Of a DNA stretch of 64,000 nt, positions 38,267 through 50,410 are shown piece by piece (the first letter of the stretch is position 1; every line of letters begins with the position of its first letter). This DNA is from Nitrospira japonica (GTDB taxonomy: Bacteria > Nitrospirota > Thermodesulfovibrionia > Thermodesulfovibrionales > SM23-35). The DNA lies in contig DYFC01000034.1 of NCBI GenBank assembly GCA_020725385.1, positions 88,007 to 152,006 on the forward strand. The letters are read 5' to 3'. The position numbers were made by a program, and so were the translations under genes. A model generated the notes under the pieces. The model had not been told where the DNA came from. It worked only from the letters and a program-made list of their open reading frames with translations, and did not search any database.

Positions 38267-38810
38267 TATACCATACAAAGTATCTTATAGAAATATAAAA
38301 TACCCACGAATTGAATTTATCACAGGGAAACTGTTGCTTGTACTTCCATTAAATAGCAGACCTGAAGTCATTTTGCAGAAACATAAAAGGTGGATAGAGA
38401 ATAAAAAGAAATTAATTGAGGAATGTTTGAATCATTCAGATGGCATACAGTTAATCAAGAGAGACGATGATAGATTTAAAGAATTAATATATATGAATTC
38501 TAAAAATGCAGAACGTGATTTTAACGTAAAGTTTCATGTCATATACTTCAGGAGAATGAAAACCAAATGGGCAAGTTTAAGCTCCAGAAAAAGTTTAACT
38601 ATTAATACATTGATGAGATACTTGCCTGCTCATTTAATAAAGTATGTTGTTTATCATGAAGCAGCCCATCTCATTGAGAAAAGGCATAATGGCAGATATT
38701 GGGAGATAATACAAAAGCAATTTAAGAATTATAAAAAAATGGAGAAAGATATGTTTGTTTATTGGTTTAAAATTAATAAAAAAGAGTATAAAAAGAAGAA
38801 TGTTGGATAA
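38253..38810 (+). CDS. M48/YgjP-like metal-dependent hydrolase
   Basis: MKTKWAS, YVVYHEAAHL..KRH; typically follows hsdR. Confidence 0.82.
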   Translation: MELRDIPYKVSYRNIKYPRIEFITGKLLLVLPLNSRPEVILQKHKRWIENKKKLIEECLNHSDGIQLIKRDDDRFKELIYMNSKNAERDFNVKFHVIYFRRMKTKWASLSSRKSLTINTLMRYLPAHLIKYVVYHEAAHLIEKRHNGRYWEIIQKQFKNYKKMEKDMFVYWFKINKKEYKKKNVG

Positions 38811-38910
38811 TACTGCTTTACCTGTGAGTGCATTTCAAGAGAAATCTGGGGTAAGAAGTAAGAATCAGGAAAAATGGTAGTATCCGGTCATTTATTTCTG
38901 GCATAATTAA

Positions 38911-40886
<1,976 letters not shown>

Positions 40887-40990
40887 TGTTTATACAGATA
40901 TACATTTATTGCTGCCTTTCCTGCAAATATTACTACAGTAAATACCCTATTTATTGACTGAAACTAAAATAAAATATTAAGATATACACT

Positions 40991-42202
40991 ATGCTTGAAC
41001 CGGAAAAACAGGTTGAAATAATAAAAAGAGGCGCTGTAGAAGTTATTGTTGAAGATGAGCTTCTCAAGAAGCTTAAGAATTCGTATAATGAGAACAGACC
41101 TTTACGTATTAAAACAGGGTTTGATCCAACAGCTCCTGATATTCATCTCGGTCACACGGTTTTACTCGAGAAAATGCGTCAGTTTCAGGATATGGGACAT
41201 GAAGTTATCTTCCTTATCGGCGATTTTACAGGGATGATAGGTGATCCTACCGGCAGATCCGAGACAAGAAAACCTTTAACAAGAGAAGATGTCTTAAGAA
41301 ATGCTGAAACGTATAAAAGACAGGTTTTTAAAATTCTCGATCCTGATAAGACTAAGGTAATGTTCAATAGTGAGTGGTTTTCTAAGATGGATATTATGGA
41401 TTTTGTCAGACTCGGTTCTATGCAAACAGTCGCAAGAATGCTTGAGCGCGAAGACTTTAAGAAAAGATTTGAAAACCACCAGGATATAAGCATCCTTGAA
41501 TTCTACTATCCACTATTTCAAGCTTATGATTCAGTATATCTGAAGGCAGATTTTGAGCTTGGTGGAACTGACCAGAAGTTCAATATTCTTATGGGAAGAA
41601 CCATGCAAAGGAAAATGGGACTCGAAGAGCAGACAGTTGTTTTGATGCCTTTACTTGAAGGTCTTGATGGCGTAAATAAGATGTCAAAGAGCCTTGGTAA
41701 TTATATAGGCATTGATGAACCACCAAAAGATATGTATGGAAAACTCATGTCAATTAATGATGAGTTGATGATCAGATATTATGAATTGCTTAGCAGAATA
41801 TCAATTGATGAATTTAAAGCTTTAAAAGAAGGTATTAAGAACGGAACTATTCATCCTAAAAAAGCAAAAGAAGAGCTCGCTTTAGAAATTGTAGAGCGTT
41901 ATTGGGGAAAAGAAGAAGCATTAAAAGCAAAAGAGGAATTTGAACAAATATTCAGAAAAAAAGGTTTGCCGGATGATATACCTGAAGTTTATATTATGTG
42001 GGATGAAGAGAGTATGTGGGTACCAAAGATTATGAAATTGGCCGGACTTACCCCGAGCACAAGCGAAGCAATAAGGTTGCTAAAACAGGGCGGGGTAATG
42101 ATAAACGAGAGCAAATATACCGATACCGAAGGTAAACTTGTAAAAGGAGAATATTTGTTTAAAGCCGGTAAAAGAAAATTTGTAAAAGTTAAACCAAAAT
42201 AA
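40991..42202 (+). CDS. tyrS: Tyrosine--tRNA ligase
   Basis: [24 protein letters not shown]4 domain. Confidence 0.97.
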   Translation: MLEPEKQVEIIKRGAVEVIVEDELLKKLKNSYNENRPLRIKTGFDPTAPDIHLGHTVLLEKMRQFQDMGHEVIFLIGDFTGMIGDPTGRSETRKPLTREDVLRNAETYKRQVFKILDPDKTKVMFNSEWFSKMDIMDFVRLGSMQTVARMLEREDFKKRFENHQDISILEFYYPLFQAYDSVYLKADFELGGTDQKFNILMGRTMQRKMGLEEQTVVLMPLLEGLDGVNKMSKSLGNYIGIDEPPKDMYGKLMSINDELMIRYYELLSRISIDEFKALKEGIKNGTIHPKKAKEELALEIVERYWGKEEALKAKEEFEQIFRKKGLPDDIPEVYIMWDEESMWVPKIMKLAGLTPSTSEAIRLLKQGGVMINESKYTDTEGKLVKGEYLFKAGKRKFVKVKPK

Positions 42203-42207
42203 TTTTT

Positions 42208-42939
42208 TTATAATTCCTGTAAAAGTCTTCTTATTTCTAAGTCCCTCTGCATTATATAAATTCTGATTTTATTCTCATCTTCTGTATGGGGGAATAGTTC
42301 AAGTCCATAGGCAATCATATTTTTATATTTTGCCGATAGAAAAATGCGATTGCCTGAAGTAGTCTTTTGCGATTGCTCGGATTTTAGTAAAGAATCAAGT
42401 TTATAAACTATCGAGGCAGAAGATATAACAAAAGTCTCTCCCTGAACAGGAAGTTTTATTCCACAAACAATTTGCTGGTTTGTATTAAGTACAAGTTGTG
42501 AAAGAAATCCAATTCCGCGTTCTGAAATATCTTTTACATTTATTGAAATTGTTCCATATTCTGGAGAAAACAAATATAAAGTAACAGGCAATTTAGCAGC
42601 AGGTTCAACTCTTAAGAATCTACGGAGATATGGATTCATTGTTCCCGGTATTGTTGCTGTGACTTTATTGTTTTCAACGGTTAAATTATCAAAAACACAG
42701 GTGTACGATTTCCCAAGAACTTCAAAATTAGCAAAAAAATATTGTTCTTTTTGAATACATACTATCGAACGATAAGGTGTGAATCTATTCAGGATTATCT
42801 TATCATTCCTGTAAATTTTTTCAATATAACAAAGCCCCCTGCCGGTGATAAAATATCCCTTTTCTTCTTCAAAAGGAAAAGAAAGGATTAAGGGGAGTTT
42901 TTTCTCGTATAAGTAAATAAAAGCATCATATGGTTTCAT
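42208..42939 (-). CDS. PilZ-domain protein
   Basis: RRFLR (RxxxR) and DISERG (DxSxxG). Confidence 0.8.
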   Translation of the reverse strand: MKPYDAFIYLYEKKLPLILSFPFEEEKGYFITGRGLCYIEKIYRNDKIILNRFTPYRSIVCIQKEQYFFANFEVLGKSYTCVFDNLTVENNKVTATIPGTMNPYLRRFLRVEPAAKLPVTLYLFSPEYGTISINVKDISERGIGFLSQLVLNTNQQIVCGIKLPVQGETFVISSASIVYKLDSLLKSEQSQKTTSGNRIFLSAKYKNMIAYGLELFPHTEDENKIRIYIMQRDLEIRRLLQEL

Positions 42940-43080
42940 AATTTTTTATTTTACTCCAAATAGTAGAGATATTTCTAAAAATTATTTAGATAGATGATTA
43001 TATTGCGACTTCAGCCTCATATTTTTCTGGCGTTTGATTTTGCTTTATAGATTGAGACATGGTTCCGGTTAAAAGTGAGA

Positions 43081-43641
43081 CTATAATGATTCCATATGCC
43101 TTTTTGCGAGTTCATAAAGGCCGTAGATTTTAAGATCGATCAGATAACCATCAATTCTTAATTCTTCGAGTGTCTCATAAATTTTTTCAGAAGGCACAGG
43201 AATTACTTCTATATCCTCTGTTTCATCCCTTCCGGTAATTCCTTTGAAAATTAATCCCTTTGCCAGATACACGGTAAGTATCTCACCTGATGCTCCCGAG
43301 GAAAAAGGCCCTTCTGCAAGGTAAATAAGTTCTTTTGCAATATATCCTGTTTCCTCTAAGAGTTCTCTTAGTGCAGCGTCTTTTAATGATCCTGATTTAT
43401 CATGAAGACCTGCGGGAAATTCAATGACATAGTTATTTACAGGGGGTCTGAATTGTTTTGTCAGTAAAACTTCATTATTATCTGTGAAAGGAACGATTAC
43501 TACTATGCCCTTACAATTGACCCGCTCGAAAGATTCCCATTCTCTGACAACTCCCTGAGAATCAGAATATTCCGAGACCACAAAATTTAGAAATCTGCCA
43601 TTATAAACAATTCTTTTACTGATAACAAAAGCTTTTTTCAA
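43081..43641 (-). CDS. NUDIX hydrolase (ADP-ribose pyrophosphatase-like)
   Basis: PAG.....AALRELLEETG NUDIX box. Confidence 0.9.
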   Translation of the reverse strand: MKKAFVISKRIVYNGRFLNFVVSEYSDSQGVVREWESFERVNCKGIVVIVPFTDNNEVLLTKQFRPPVNNYVIEFPAGLHDKSGSLKDAALRELLEETGYIAKELIYLAEGPFSSGASGEILTVYLAKGLIFKGITGRDETEDIEVIPVPSEKIYETLEELRIDGYLIDLKIYGLYELAKRHMESL

Positions 43642-43662
43642 TTGTAACTTTATGTTGTTAAT

Positions 43663-45471
43663 TTAACCTTTATATAATGGAATTTTTATCTTGAAAATTG
43701 TAGAATCTATATCAGTAAATACATCGAGACTACCATGTATGCCCTGAATGAAACGATATATTATATTAAGTCCTCTTCCTTTTACATCTCCTTTTTTGAT
43801 CTGTTCCATAGTTTCATTATCTATTTTGCCGGTATTTTTTACTTCGAAACAGGCAGTGTTTTCACACCTGTAGCTTTTTATAGATAACTCTCCTCCGGTT
43901 TCTGGTATAGCTTTTGTAGCATTGTCTAATAGATTATCTACAACCCGTTCGAGTCCGAAAGGTGAGCAATATATAAAAAGACCTGATTGTAACTCATCTT
44001 GGAAAAGTTTTATATTTGACCTTTTTTGTTCTCTTATAGATTCTTCATTTATTCTGAAACGGCTCTTCAGAACTTCGGTAAGATCGATCACCCTTTCTCT
44101 ACCTTCAATACCGGGATATACAACAAGTTCCTGCATTCTTAAAGCTTCCTGTGAAATTATTTCAAGATATTCATTTATTTTATTTTTGCTGGAACTCAAA
44201 TCATTGTTTTGAAGCAATTTAAGTGCTCTTTTTGCAAAACCTCCTATTGCGATTGCAGGATTTTTGAAATCATGAAGAACGTCGTCGAGTTTTTCCATCC
44301 TGAGGGCTTTCATTATCTCTTTCCCGAAGAAAGTCAAAAGTTCAATCTCATTTTCGGTGAACTCCTGTCTTCTATCAATAGCATAAAAGATGAGAAAATA
44401 GTTTATATCATCATTGGCTTTCAGAGGAATAAGCAAAACTGAATTAACATTATTTTTCAATGCATACTTTTTCAGTTCATCATTGGATAAATAACTTTTC
44501 AAGGGGTCTTTGATTAGAATATAAGAAGATTCTATGCGCTCATATTCATTATCAGCACTAATACCGTTGTAATTAATTATTGCATCAAAATAAGGGTGGT
44601 CATTTATTGCATAGAGACACCCGATGTCATGACTTTGCTGGCCAATAGGGTACTCGAGTTCTATTTTTACATGTTGTCTATCGGGCATTATTGAAAATAA
44701 AGAACAGCTTTGAATGAGCAATATATCAACAAGTTCGGGTATCATGGTCATAAAAACATCTTTAAGCTTTATCCCTTCCCTATGACTGAGTTTTACGAAT
44801 ATTTTTTCGGTTATTTTTTCTTTCTGCTGGTTTAGTTTCTGCAGGTCGATAATTCTCTTTTTCGCTAAAACATAACTTATTCTTCTTGCCAGTAATTCAG
44901 CATTTGAGACTTCAAGGGGATCGAATTCCCGGTTTTTTTCTTTGTAATAGATCTGGATCGCGCCTGGAATGTCAGGTTCATTTTTTAAGAATCCGGGGAT
45001 ATTCAGAGGAATAGCCATCAAAGAGTTAAATCCGTAAACTTTAACTATATCTTTGTTAGTATAAGCCGGTTCACTCATGATATCAGGAACGAGGTAACTT
45101 TGTCCGCTTTTTATAACTGTTCCTGCTACTGTTTTTTCAACCGGAATACTTTTCAATCTGCTTACTTCTTTGAAATTATATGAACCGAAAGCAACAAGAT
45201 TTTGAGTCTTAGGATCAAAAATTCTTATAGATGCAGCTTCTGCATGAAGAAATTCGGTAATTCTTTTTGCGGCTTCTCCTAATATGTCTTTCCATTCAAG
45301 TTCAGGGTCAATACTTATCACATCTTCAACCATTCTTACAACTTCTTTTATGTGTTCTGAAAGACAGTGTTTTCTGAGATAAGATGCTAATTCAAAGATT
45401 TCGTTATCATTTAAATGGTATTTTTCTATAATTGGATTGGATTTAAGAAATCTTATCAGGGTTTCATTCAT
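43663..45471 (-). CDS. Cytoplasmic double-GAF sensor histidine kinase
   Basis: Two GAF-like regions, HDFKNP H-box, NLLDNATK N-box. Confidence 0.85.
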   Translation of the reverse strand: MNETLIRFLKSNPIIEKYHLNDNEIFELASYLRKHCLSEHIKEVVRMVEDVISIDPELEWKDILGEAAKRITEFLHAEAASIRIFDPKTQNLVAFGSYNFKEVSRLKSIPVEKTVAGTVIKSGQSYLVPDIMSEPAYTNKDIVKVYGFNSLMAIPLNIPGFLKNEPDIPGAIQIYYKEKNREFDPLEVSNAELLARRISYVLAKKRIIDLQKLNQQKEKITEKIFVKLSHREGIKLKDVFMTMIPELVDILLIQSCSLFSIMPDRQHVKIELEYPIGQQSHDIGCLYAINDHPYFDAIINYNGISADNEYERIESSYILIKDPLKSYLSNDELKKYALKNNVNSVLLIPLKANDDINYFLIFYAIDRRQEFTENEIELLTFFGKEIMKALRMEKLDDVLHDFKNPAIAIGGFAKRALKLLQNNDLSSSKNKINEYLEIISQEALRMQELVVYPGIEGRERVIDLTEVLKSRFRINEESIREQKRSNIKLFQDELQSGLFIYCSPFGLERVVDNLLDNATKAIPETGGELSIKSYRCENTACFEVKNTGKIDNETMEQIKKGDVKGRGLNIIYRFIQGIHGSLDVFTDIDSTIFKIKIPLYKG

Positions 45472-45600
45472 GTTATTAAATAATATCAGAGTATGAAGAC
45501 CTTATTCAATATTCTTGGTCAGAAAGATTTATAGACTTCTTTCGTGACGTGAAACTTAAAAAGCAATTCAGGAACATCTGCATAATTTTGTTTTTAAAAT

Positions 45601-45633
45601 AGAGGGGGTTCAATAATATATTGAACCCCCTCT
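45601..45633 (-). terminator. Terminator after the carbonic anhydrase gene
   Basis: agagggggttcaat-loop-attgaaccccctct. Confidence 0.82.
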
Positions 45634-45654
45634 TGAACGTTATTTTTAAAAATA

Positions 45655-46413
45655 TTAATGAGCTTTTTCGGTCTTCTTCTCTTCTTTTTTCTCTACCTTT
45701 TTCTCTGTTTTATGTTCTGATTTTTTCATTTCATGCTTTGTTTTTGGTAGTTCGAGCATCTCTACTTTTCCATTTGCAAGATTATATTCGGCTACTACTA
45801 CTTTTAATTTTCCTTCATGTACAAGTTCTTTGACTATAGGGCTTTTCATTACATCTGCATAAACATTCATTATATTTTCTTTTATTGCTGTCTCAAGAAC
45901 CTCTTCGTTAGACCCGCCTTTTTTCTTTGCTTTCTTTGCAGCAGGCTGTATCTTTTTAACAATAGCACCTATATTCCCTTCAGGTTCACCTTTTGCACCC
46001 AATGTAGCTTTCACAGCTCCGCAATCTGAATGTCCAAGAATCATAAGAAGAGGGGTATGAACATGTTCAACGCCGTATTCAATACTACCAAGAGCAATCG
46101 GGTCAACAACATTACCCGCAACTCTAACTATGAAAATATCACCCAATCCCTGATCAAAAATATGTTCAGGTGGAACCCTTGAATCAGAACAACTTATGAT
46201 TGTTGCAAAAGGATGCTGACCGCCCTTTAAGATTTCATTTCTTCTTGAATCGCTGAGATCTTTACTTGCAAATTTGCCTTCAACATACCTTTTGTTTCCA
46301 TCAAGTAATTTCTGCAAAGCCTCATCTCCTGCGCCCCCAGCGAATACAAGGCTGGAGAATGCCATAATTACAAACAACGAAAGAATAAATCCTGAAAATC
46401 TTGAAAACTTCAT
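45655..46413 (-). CDS. Secreted beta-class carbonic anhydrase
   Basis: Signal peptide; CSDSR, RVAGN, HSDCGAV. Confidence 0.92.
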   Translation of the reverse strand: MKFSRFSGFILSLFVIMAFSSLVFAGGAGDEALQKLLDGNKRYVEGKFASKDLSDSRRNEILKGGQHPFATIISCSDSRVPPEHIFDQGLGDIFIVRVAGNVVDPIALGSIEYGVEHVHTPLLMILGHSDCGAVKATLGAKGEPEGNIGAIVKKIQPAAKKAKKKGGSNEEVLETAIKENIMNVYADVMKSPIVKELVHEGKLKVVVAEYNLANGKVEMLELPKTKHEMKKSEHKTEKKVEKKEEKKTEKAH

Positions 46414-46466
46414 AATCCCATCCTCCTTAATATTAATTTAGACCCTTCAATGAAGGGAATATATTA

Positions 46467-47609
46467 TCAGGCTACTTTCTTGCTTTTCTTCTTTGCTGCT
46501 TCAGCTAAAACAAACTTCGTATTAAAAGTACCTTCTATAGCATGCACAGGACATTTTGCTGTGCATATACCGCAACCTATACACTTATTACCGTCTATTT
46601 TATGAAGTTTCTTGAGTTCTCCAAATGGAGCATTGACGGGACATACTTTAGCACAAATTCCACAGCCAATGCAACGGTCATTTATAAATGCTTTTGGTCT
46701 TTCAGGTATATAGTCGGAGATCGCACCGGTAGGACATTTTGTTACGCATATACCACATACTTTACATTTTTCAGGAATTATTCTTGAGAGATTATTTTCT
46801 ATAATTGGAGCTTCAAATGGACATACTCTCACACATATGCCGCAAGCTATGCATCCTGTTTGACAATTCTTTTTTGTCTCAACACCTTTATCTTTCGAGT
46901 TGCAGGACACGAGTACCTGTTTTGAAGAAGGTAGAACTTTTATTACTTTTCTTGGACACGCAGCTTCACATTTCCTGCACCCAGTGCATTTAATTATATC
47001 GACAAAAGGTAGATGATCTTCTGTCATTGTTATTGCGCCAAAAGGACATACTTTTGAACATGTTCCATATCCAAGACATCCGTAAATACAGGATTTATCT
47101 CCTCCTGCTGTTAACATCGCTGCTCTACAATCCTGAACGCCTTCATATTTAAATCTCTTAGATGATACACTCCATCCACCTTTACACATAATACGCGCAA
47201 ATTCAGGCTCTTTTAAAGTAACTTTTTTCCCTGTGATTGCTGCTACTGCTTCTGCAGTTGAAGCTCCACCCGGAGTACATAGATTAGGTGGTATCTCAGC
47301 TTTTTTTACTACAGCTTCGGCATATTGTTCGCAACCTGCGAACCCGCAAGCGCCTCAATGGGCATGGGCAAGAACGTCAAGAACTGCCTGTACACGGGGG
47401 TCAACCTCAACAGAAAACTTTTTAGCTGCAAAGGCAAGACCGAGTCCAAAAATTATACTGATTCCTGCAAGAAATATAAGTGTATATTTAATTAACGGGA
47501 CGATTTCAACGTATTCTTTTGCTTCTACTCCACCACCAACTCCGACATGAGGGATAATAAAATTTAGCCCTGATATAATTAGATTTATGAAGTCAATTAA
47601 TTCTGTCAT
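46467..47609 (-). CDS. rnfB: Rnf complex subunit B, probable selenoprotein (in-frame UGA at 47357-47355)
   Basis: ORFs 47355-47615 and 46467-47189 share a frame; reads AH-U-GACGFAGC; multiple CxxCxxCxxxCP motifs; SD AGGGAG before ATG 47609. Confidence 0.9.
47327..47357 (-). promoter_or_regulatory. Putative bacterial SECIS element
   Basis: UGA, 11 nt, then GUUCGCA-GGU-UGCGAAC hairpin. Confidence 0.78.
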
Positions 47610-47618
47610 TAACACTCC

Positions 47619-48212
47619 CTATATCTTTATTAATCCTGAAAAACCGGCAAAAGCCAGGGCTATAAGTCCTGTTACTATAAAAGCTATAGGTGTTCCTCTA
47701 AAAGGTTTTGGCACATCGGCAAGTTCGAGTCTTTCTCTTATGCTTGCCATAATTATTAATGCAAGAGCAAACCCTATTCCCGAACCAAATGCAAAAGAAA
47801 TGCTTTCAATAAAACTATAATGTTCTCCGGCATTAATCAGAGGCACTGCAAGAATTATACAATTGGTTGATATAAGAGCCAAGTAAATACCAAGTTTATG
47901 ATAAAGGACAGGTGATATTTTTCTCATAATTGTGTCTGAAGCCTGAACAAAACCCGCAACAATTCCAATGAATATAATAATCTTTAAGAAAGTAATATCC
48001 CATGGTACAAGGACATAATTAAATATAAGCCAGCTAAGTCCTGAACTAATCATCATAACAGATGTAAATGTGATGCTCATTCCAACAGCAGTTTCCATTC
48101 TTCTTGAAACGCCGAAAAATATACATAATCCAAGAAATCTTGTAAAAACAAAGTTATTTATCAAAGAAGCAGAAATAATTAGCTCAAAAACTTTTGTAAA
48201 CTCAGAACTCAT
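47619..48212 (-). CDS. rnfA: Rnf complex subunit A
   Basis: NNFVFTRFLGLC, LISTNC, IRERL. Confidence 0.92.
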   Translation of the reverse strand: MSSEFTKVFELIISASLINNFVFTRFLGLCIFFGVSRRMETAVGMSITFTSVMMISSGLSWLIFNYVLVPWDITFLKIIIFIGIVAGFVQASDTIMRKISPVLYHKLGIYLALISTNCIILAVPLINAGEHYSFIESISFAFGSGIGFALALIIMASIRERLELADVPKPFRGTPIAFIVTGLIALAFAGFSGLIKI

Positions 48213-48230
48213 TTTTTCTCCTGTATATCC

Positions 48231-48845
48231 TTAACTACTTTTCTTTTCATATTTTCCATAAATCCAGTTAAACATTCCCATTAAAATTCCAACAGCAATG
48301 AACCCTCCTGCAGGTAGTATGAAGATTAGCAATGGTTTTGCATTTATAATCTCATATCCCCAAAGAGAACCTTTGCCAAGCAATTCTCTGAAGAAGCTTA
48401 TAAGGCTAAGAGCAAATAAAAAACCGAGTCCCATTCCTATTCCATCAAACATAGAAGGAATAAAACGATTTTTACTCGCAAACATTTCAGCACGTGCGAG
48501 AATGGAAGCAAATGCGACTATTAATTGAATATAAAGCCCCATCTGTTTATATGCATCCGGTGCAAAAGCTGCCATTGACATATCTGTTACTGTAACCCAG
48601 CCGGATATTACAAGCATGAATATCGGAAGCCTTATTCTTGGATGTATAAAATGTCTCATGATGGAAATTGTAATATTAACCATTACCTGTACAAAAAGAA
48701 CCGCCGAGCCCATTAAAACACCGTTTCTTAGATTATTCGTAACAGCTATAGAAGGGCATAAACTCAAGGCAAGCTTGAAGATAGTGTTTTCCTTGAAAAT
48801 TCCATTTTTAATGACTTCGTAATAATTAATTTTTTTCTGTAACAT
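48231..48845 (-). CDS. rnfE: Rnf complex subunit E
   Basis: LSLCPSIAVT, IRLP, DGIGMGLGF, RELLG. Confidence 0.9.
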   Translation of the reverse strand: MLQKKINYYEVIKNGIFKENTIFKLALSLCPSIAVTNNLRNGVLMGSAVLFVQVMVNITISIMRHFIHPRIRLPIFMLVISGWVTVTDMSMAAFAPDAYKQMGLYIQLIVAFASILARAEMFASKNRFIPSMFDGIGMGLGFLFALSLISFFRELLGKGSLWGYEIINAKPLLIFILPAGGFIAVGILMGMFNWIYGKYEKKSS

Positions 48846-49416
48846 CTGATTTCTCTTTTTTCTGTATTGTATTAATTAAAAAAGAAACAGCATTTTTAAC
48901 AGCATCTTCTGTGACTGCTCTGCTTGATATTGTCGCTCCAGAGATAGCCTGCACATATTCTTTTGTATCAGTTTTCAATACTTTTAGATGCTCTAAATAT
49001 TTTTCTTTAAATTGATTGATAAAATAATCTTTTTCTATTTCGTCCCCGAGACCTGGTGTTTCAGCATGACCAAGAATGCTGATCTTTTTAACTTTAAAAT
49101 CATTATCCACTGAAATCAGAGTATTAATATAACTCGAATAACCTTTGCCAAAAGATTGAATCAAATAGCCAATAACTTTATTTTCTTTCATCGCCACATA
49201 ATATTCAGCATGTTTATCATGTATTTTCCAGTCGCCAAGTTTATCAATCTTATCAGCCTCTGGCATAAGTTTTTTTAGAGCTTGCTCTTTTTCTATTATT
49301 GAGTTTCTATACATTATCGGAGATGTCTTTGCATAAACAAATGCAAGAATAGAGCCTCCTATAAGATAAATAACAACGAGATTTAGAGTAATTTTAATAA
49401 TATCTTTGGCATTCAT
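48826..49416 (-). CDS. rnfG: Rnf complex subunit G
   Basis: HAETPGLG, SGAT FMN-attachment motif. Confidence 0.92.
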   Translation of the reverse strand: MNAKDIIKITLNLVVIYLIGGSILAFVYAKTSPIMYRNSIIEKEQALKKLMPEADKIDKLGDWKIHDKHAEYYVAMKENKVIGYLIQSFGKGYSSYINTLISVDNDFKVKKISILGHAETPGLGDEIEKDYFINQFKEKYLEHLKVLKTDTKEYVQAISGATISSRAVTEDAVKNAVSFLINTIQKKEKSDVTEKN

Positions 49417-50408
49417 TTTTTCTTTACTGCTCCGAAAATCTTACTTTTAAACCCCCTATCAATCAATGGTGAAAAACAATTCATTATGAGTATCGCGAAC
49501 ATTACCCCTTCAGGATAACCACCTTTTAAGCGTATAAGCATTGTTAGAAAACCACAACCTGTGCCAAACAATATTTGACCACTCTTCATTGAAGGACTTG
49601 TCACGTAATCAGTTGCCATGAAGAAGGCTCCAAGTATCATGCCTCCGCTAAGAACATGAAGCAATGGATCTCCTGAAAATAATCCGCTATTTCCTCCGAA
49701 TATCCATGCTATTAAAGCAGATGTGCCGATAAATGAAATGGGAATGTGCCATGTTATATATTTACGATAAAAAAGAAAAGCTGCTCCAAGTAAAAGTGCC
49801 AATCCTGAAGTTTCACCTATACATCCTGCACGATTTCCGAGCATTAGATGTGTATATAGGTTTGCTTTGTCACCAAATATCTCAATTAGTTTTGAATAAC
49901 CTTCTTCTTTCAGTATCCCGAGAGGGGTGGCGGTTGTAAGAGCGTCAAACTTGATAAAAGATGCAGAAGGTTCTGTCCATACAGTCATGAGTTTTGGAAA
50001 AGATACAAGGAGAAAAGCCCTGCCAATCAATGCTGGATTGAAAATATTATAACCAAGTCCGCCAAAGAGTTGCTTTGTAATTATAATCGCAAAAAATGAA
50101 CCTGCAATAGGTATATAGAAAGGTACGGATGCAGGAAGGTTCATCCCTAACAAAAGACCTGTAAGAAAAGCGCTGCCATCATTTATGGTTATATCTTTTT
50201 TCAGTGTCTTCTGATAAAGAAACTCAAAAACAACCGATGAAACAATACACAATGAAAGTACAAATATAGCATGTGGACCAAAATAATATGCTCCCATAAT
50301 TATAGCAGGCAGTAAGGATACAGACACACTCCACATTATGCGGGGTGTTGATTCTTCACTTCTTATATGAGGGCTGACAGAAATTATAAATGTTTTTTCT
50401 TTGTTCAT
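49413..50408 (-). CDS. rnfD: Rnf complex subunit D
   Basis: SPHI, FGGLG.NIFNPA, TTATPL, FMATDYVTSP. Confidence 0.94.
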   Translation of the reverse strand: MNKEKTFIISVSPHIRSEESTPRIMWSVSVSLLPAIIMGAYYFGPHAIFVLSLCIVSSVVFEFLYQKTLKKDITINDGSAFLTGLLLGMNLPASVPFYIPIAGSFFAIIITKQLFGGLGYNIFNPALIGRAFLLVSFPKLMTVWTEPSASFIKFDALTTATPLGILKEEGYSKLIEIFGDKANLYTHLMLGNRAGCIGETSGLALLLGAAFLFYRKYITWHIPISFIGTSALIAWIFGGNSGLFSGDPLLHVLSGGMILGAFFMATDYVTSPSMKSGQILFGTGCGFLTMLIRLKGGYPEGVMFAILIMNCFSPLIDRGFKSKIFGAVKKK

Positions 50409-50410
50409 GC

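Noticed and set aside
42940-43080. Possible ncRNA or tRNA in this and other intergenic gaps (45472-45600, 61435-61690)
   Set aside because: No cloverleaf or riboswitch consensus recognisable by eye; a covariance-model search would be needed.
47355-47615. Separate 86-aa gene or rnfB pseudogene
   Set aside because: The stop is a UGA exactly at a conserved Cys, followed by a SECIS-like hairpin, and the rest of the rnf operon is intact.
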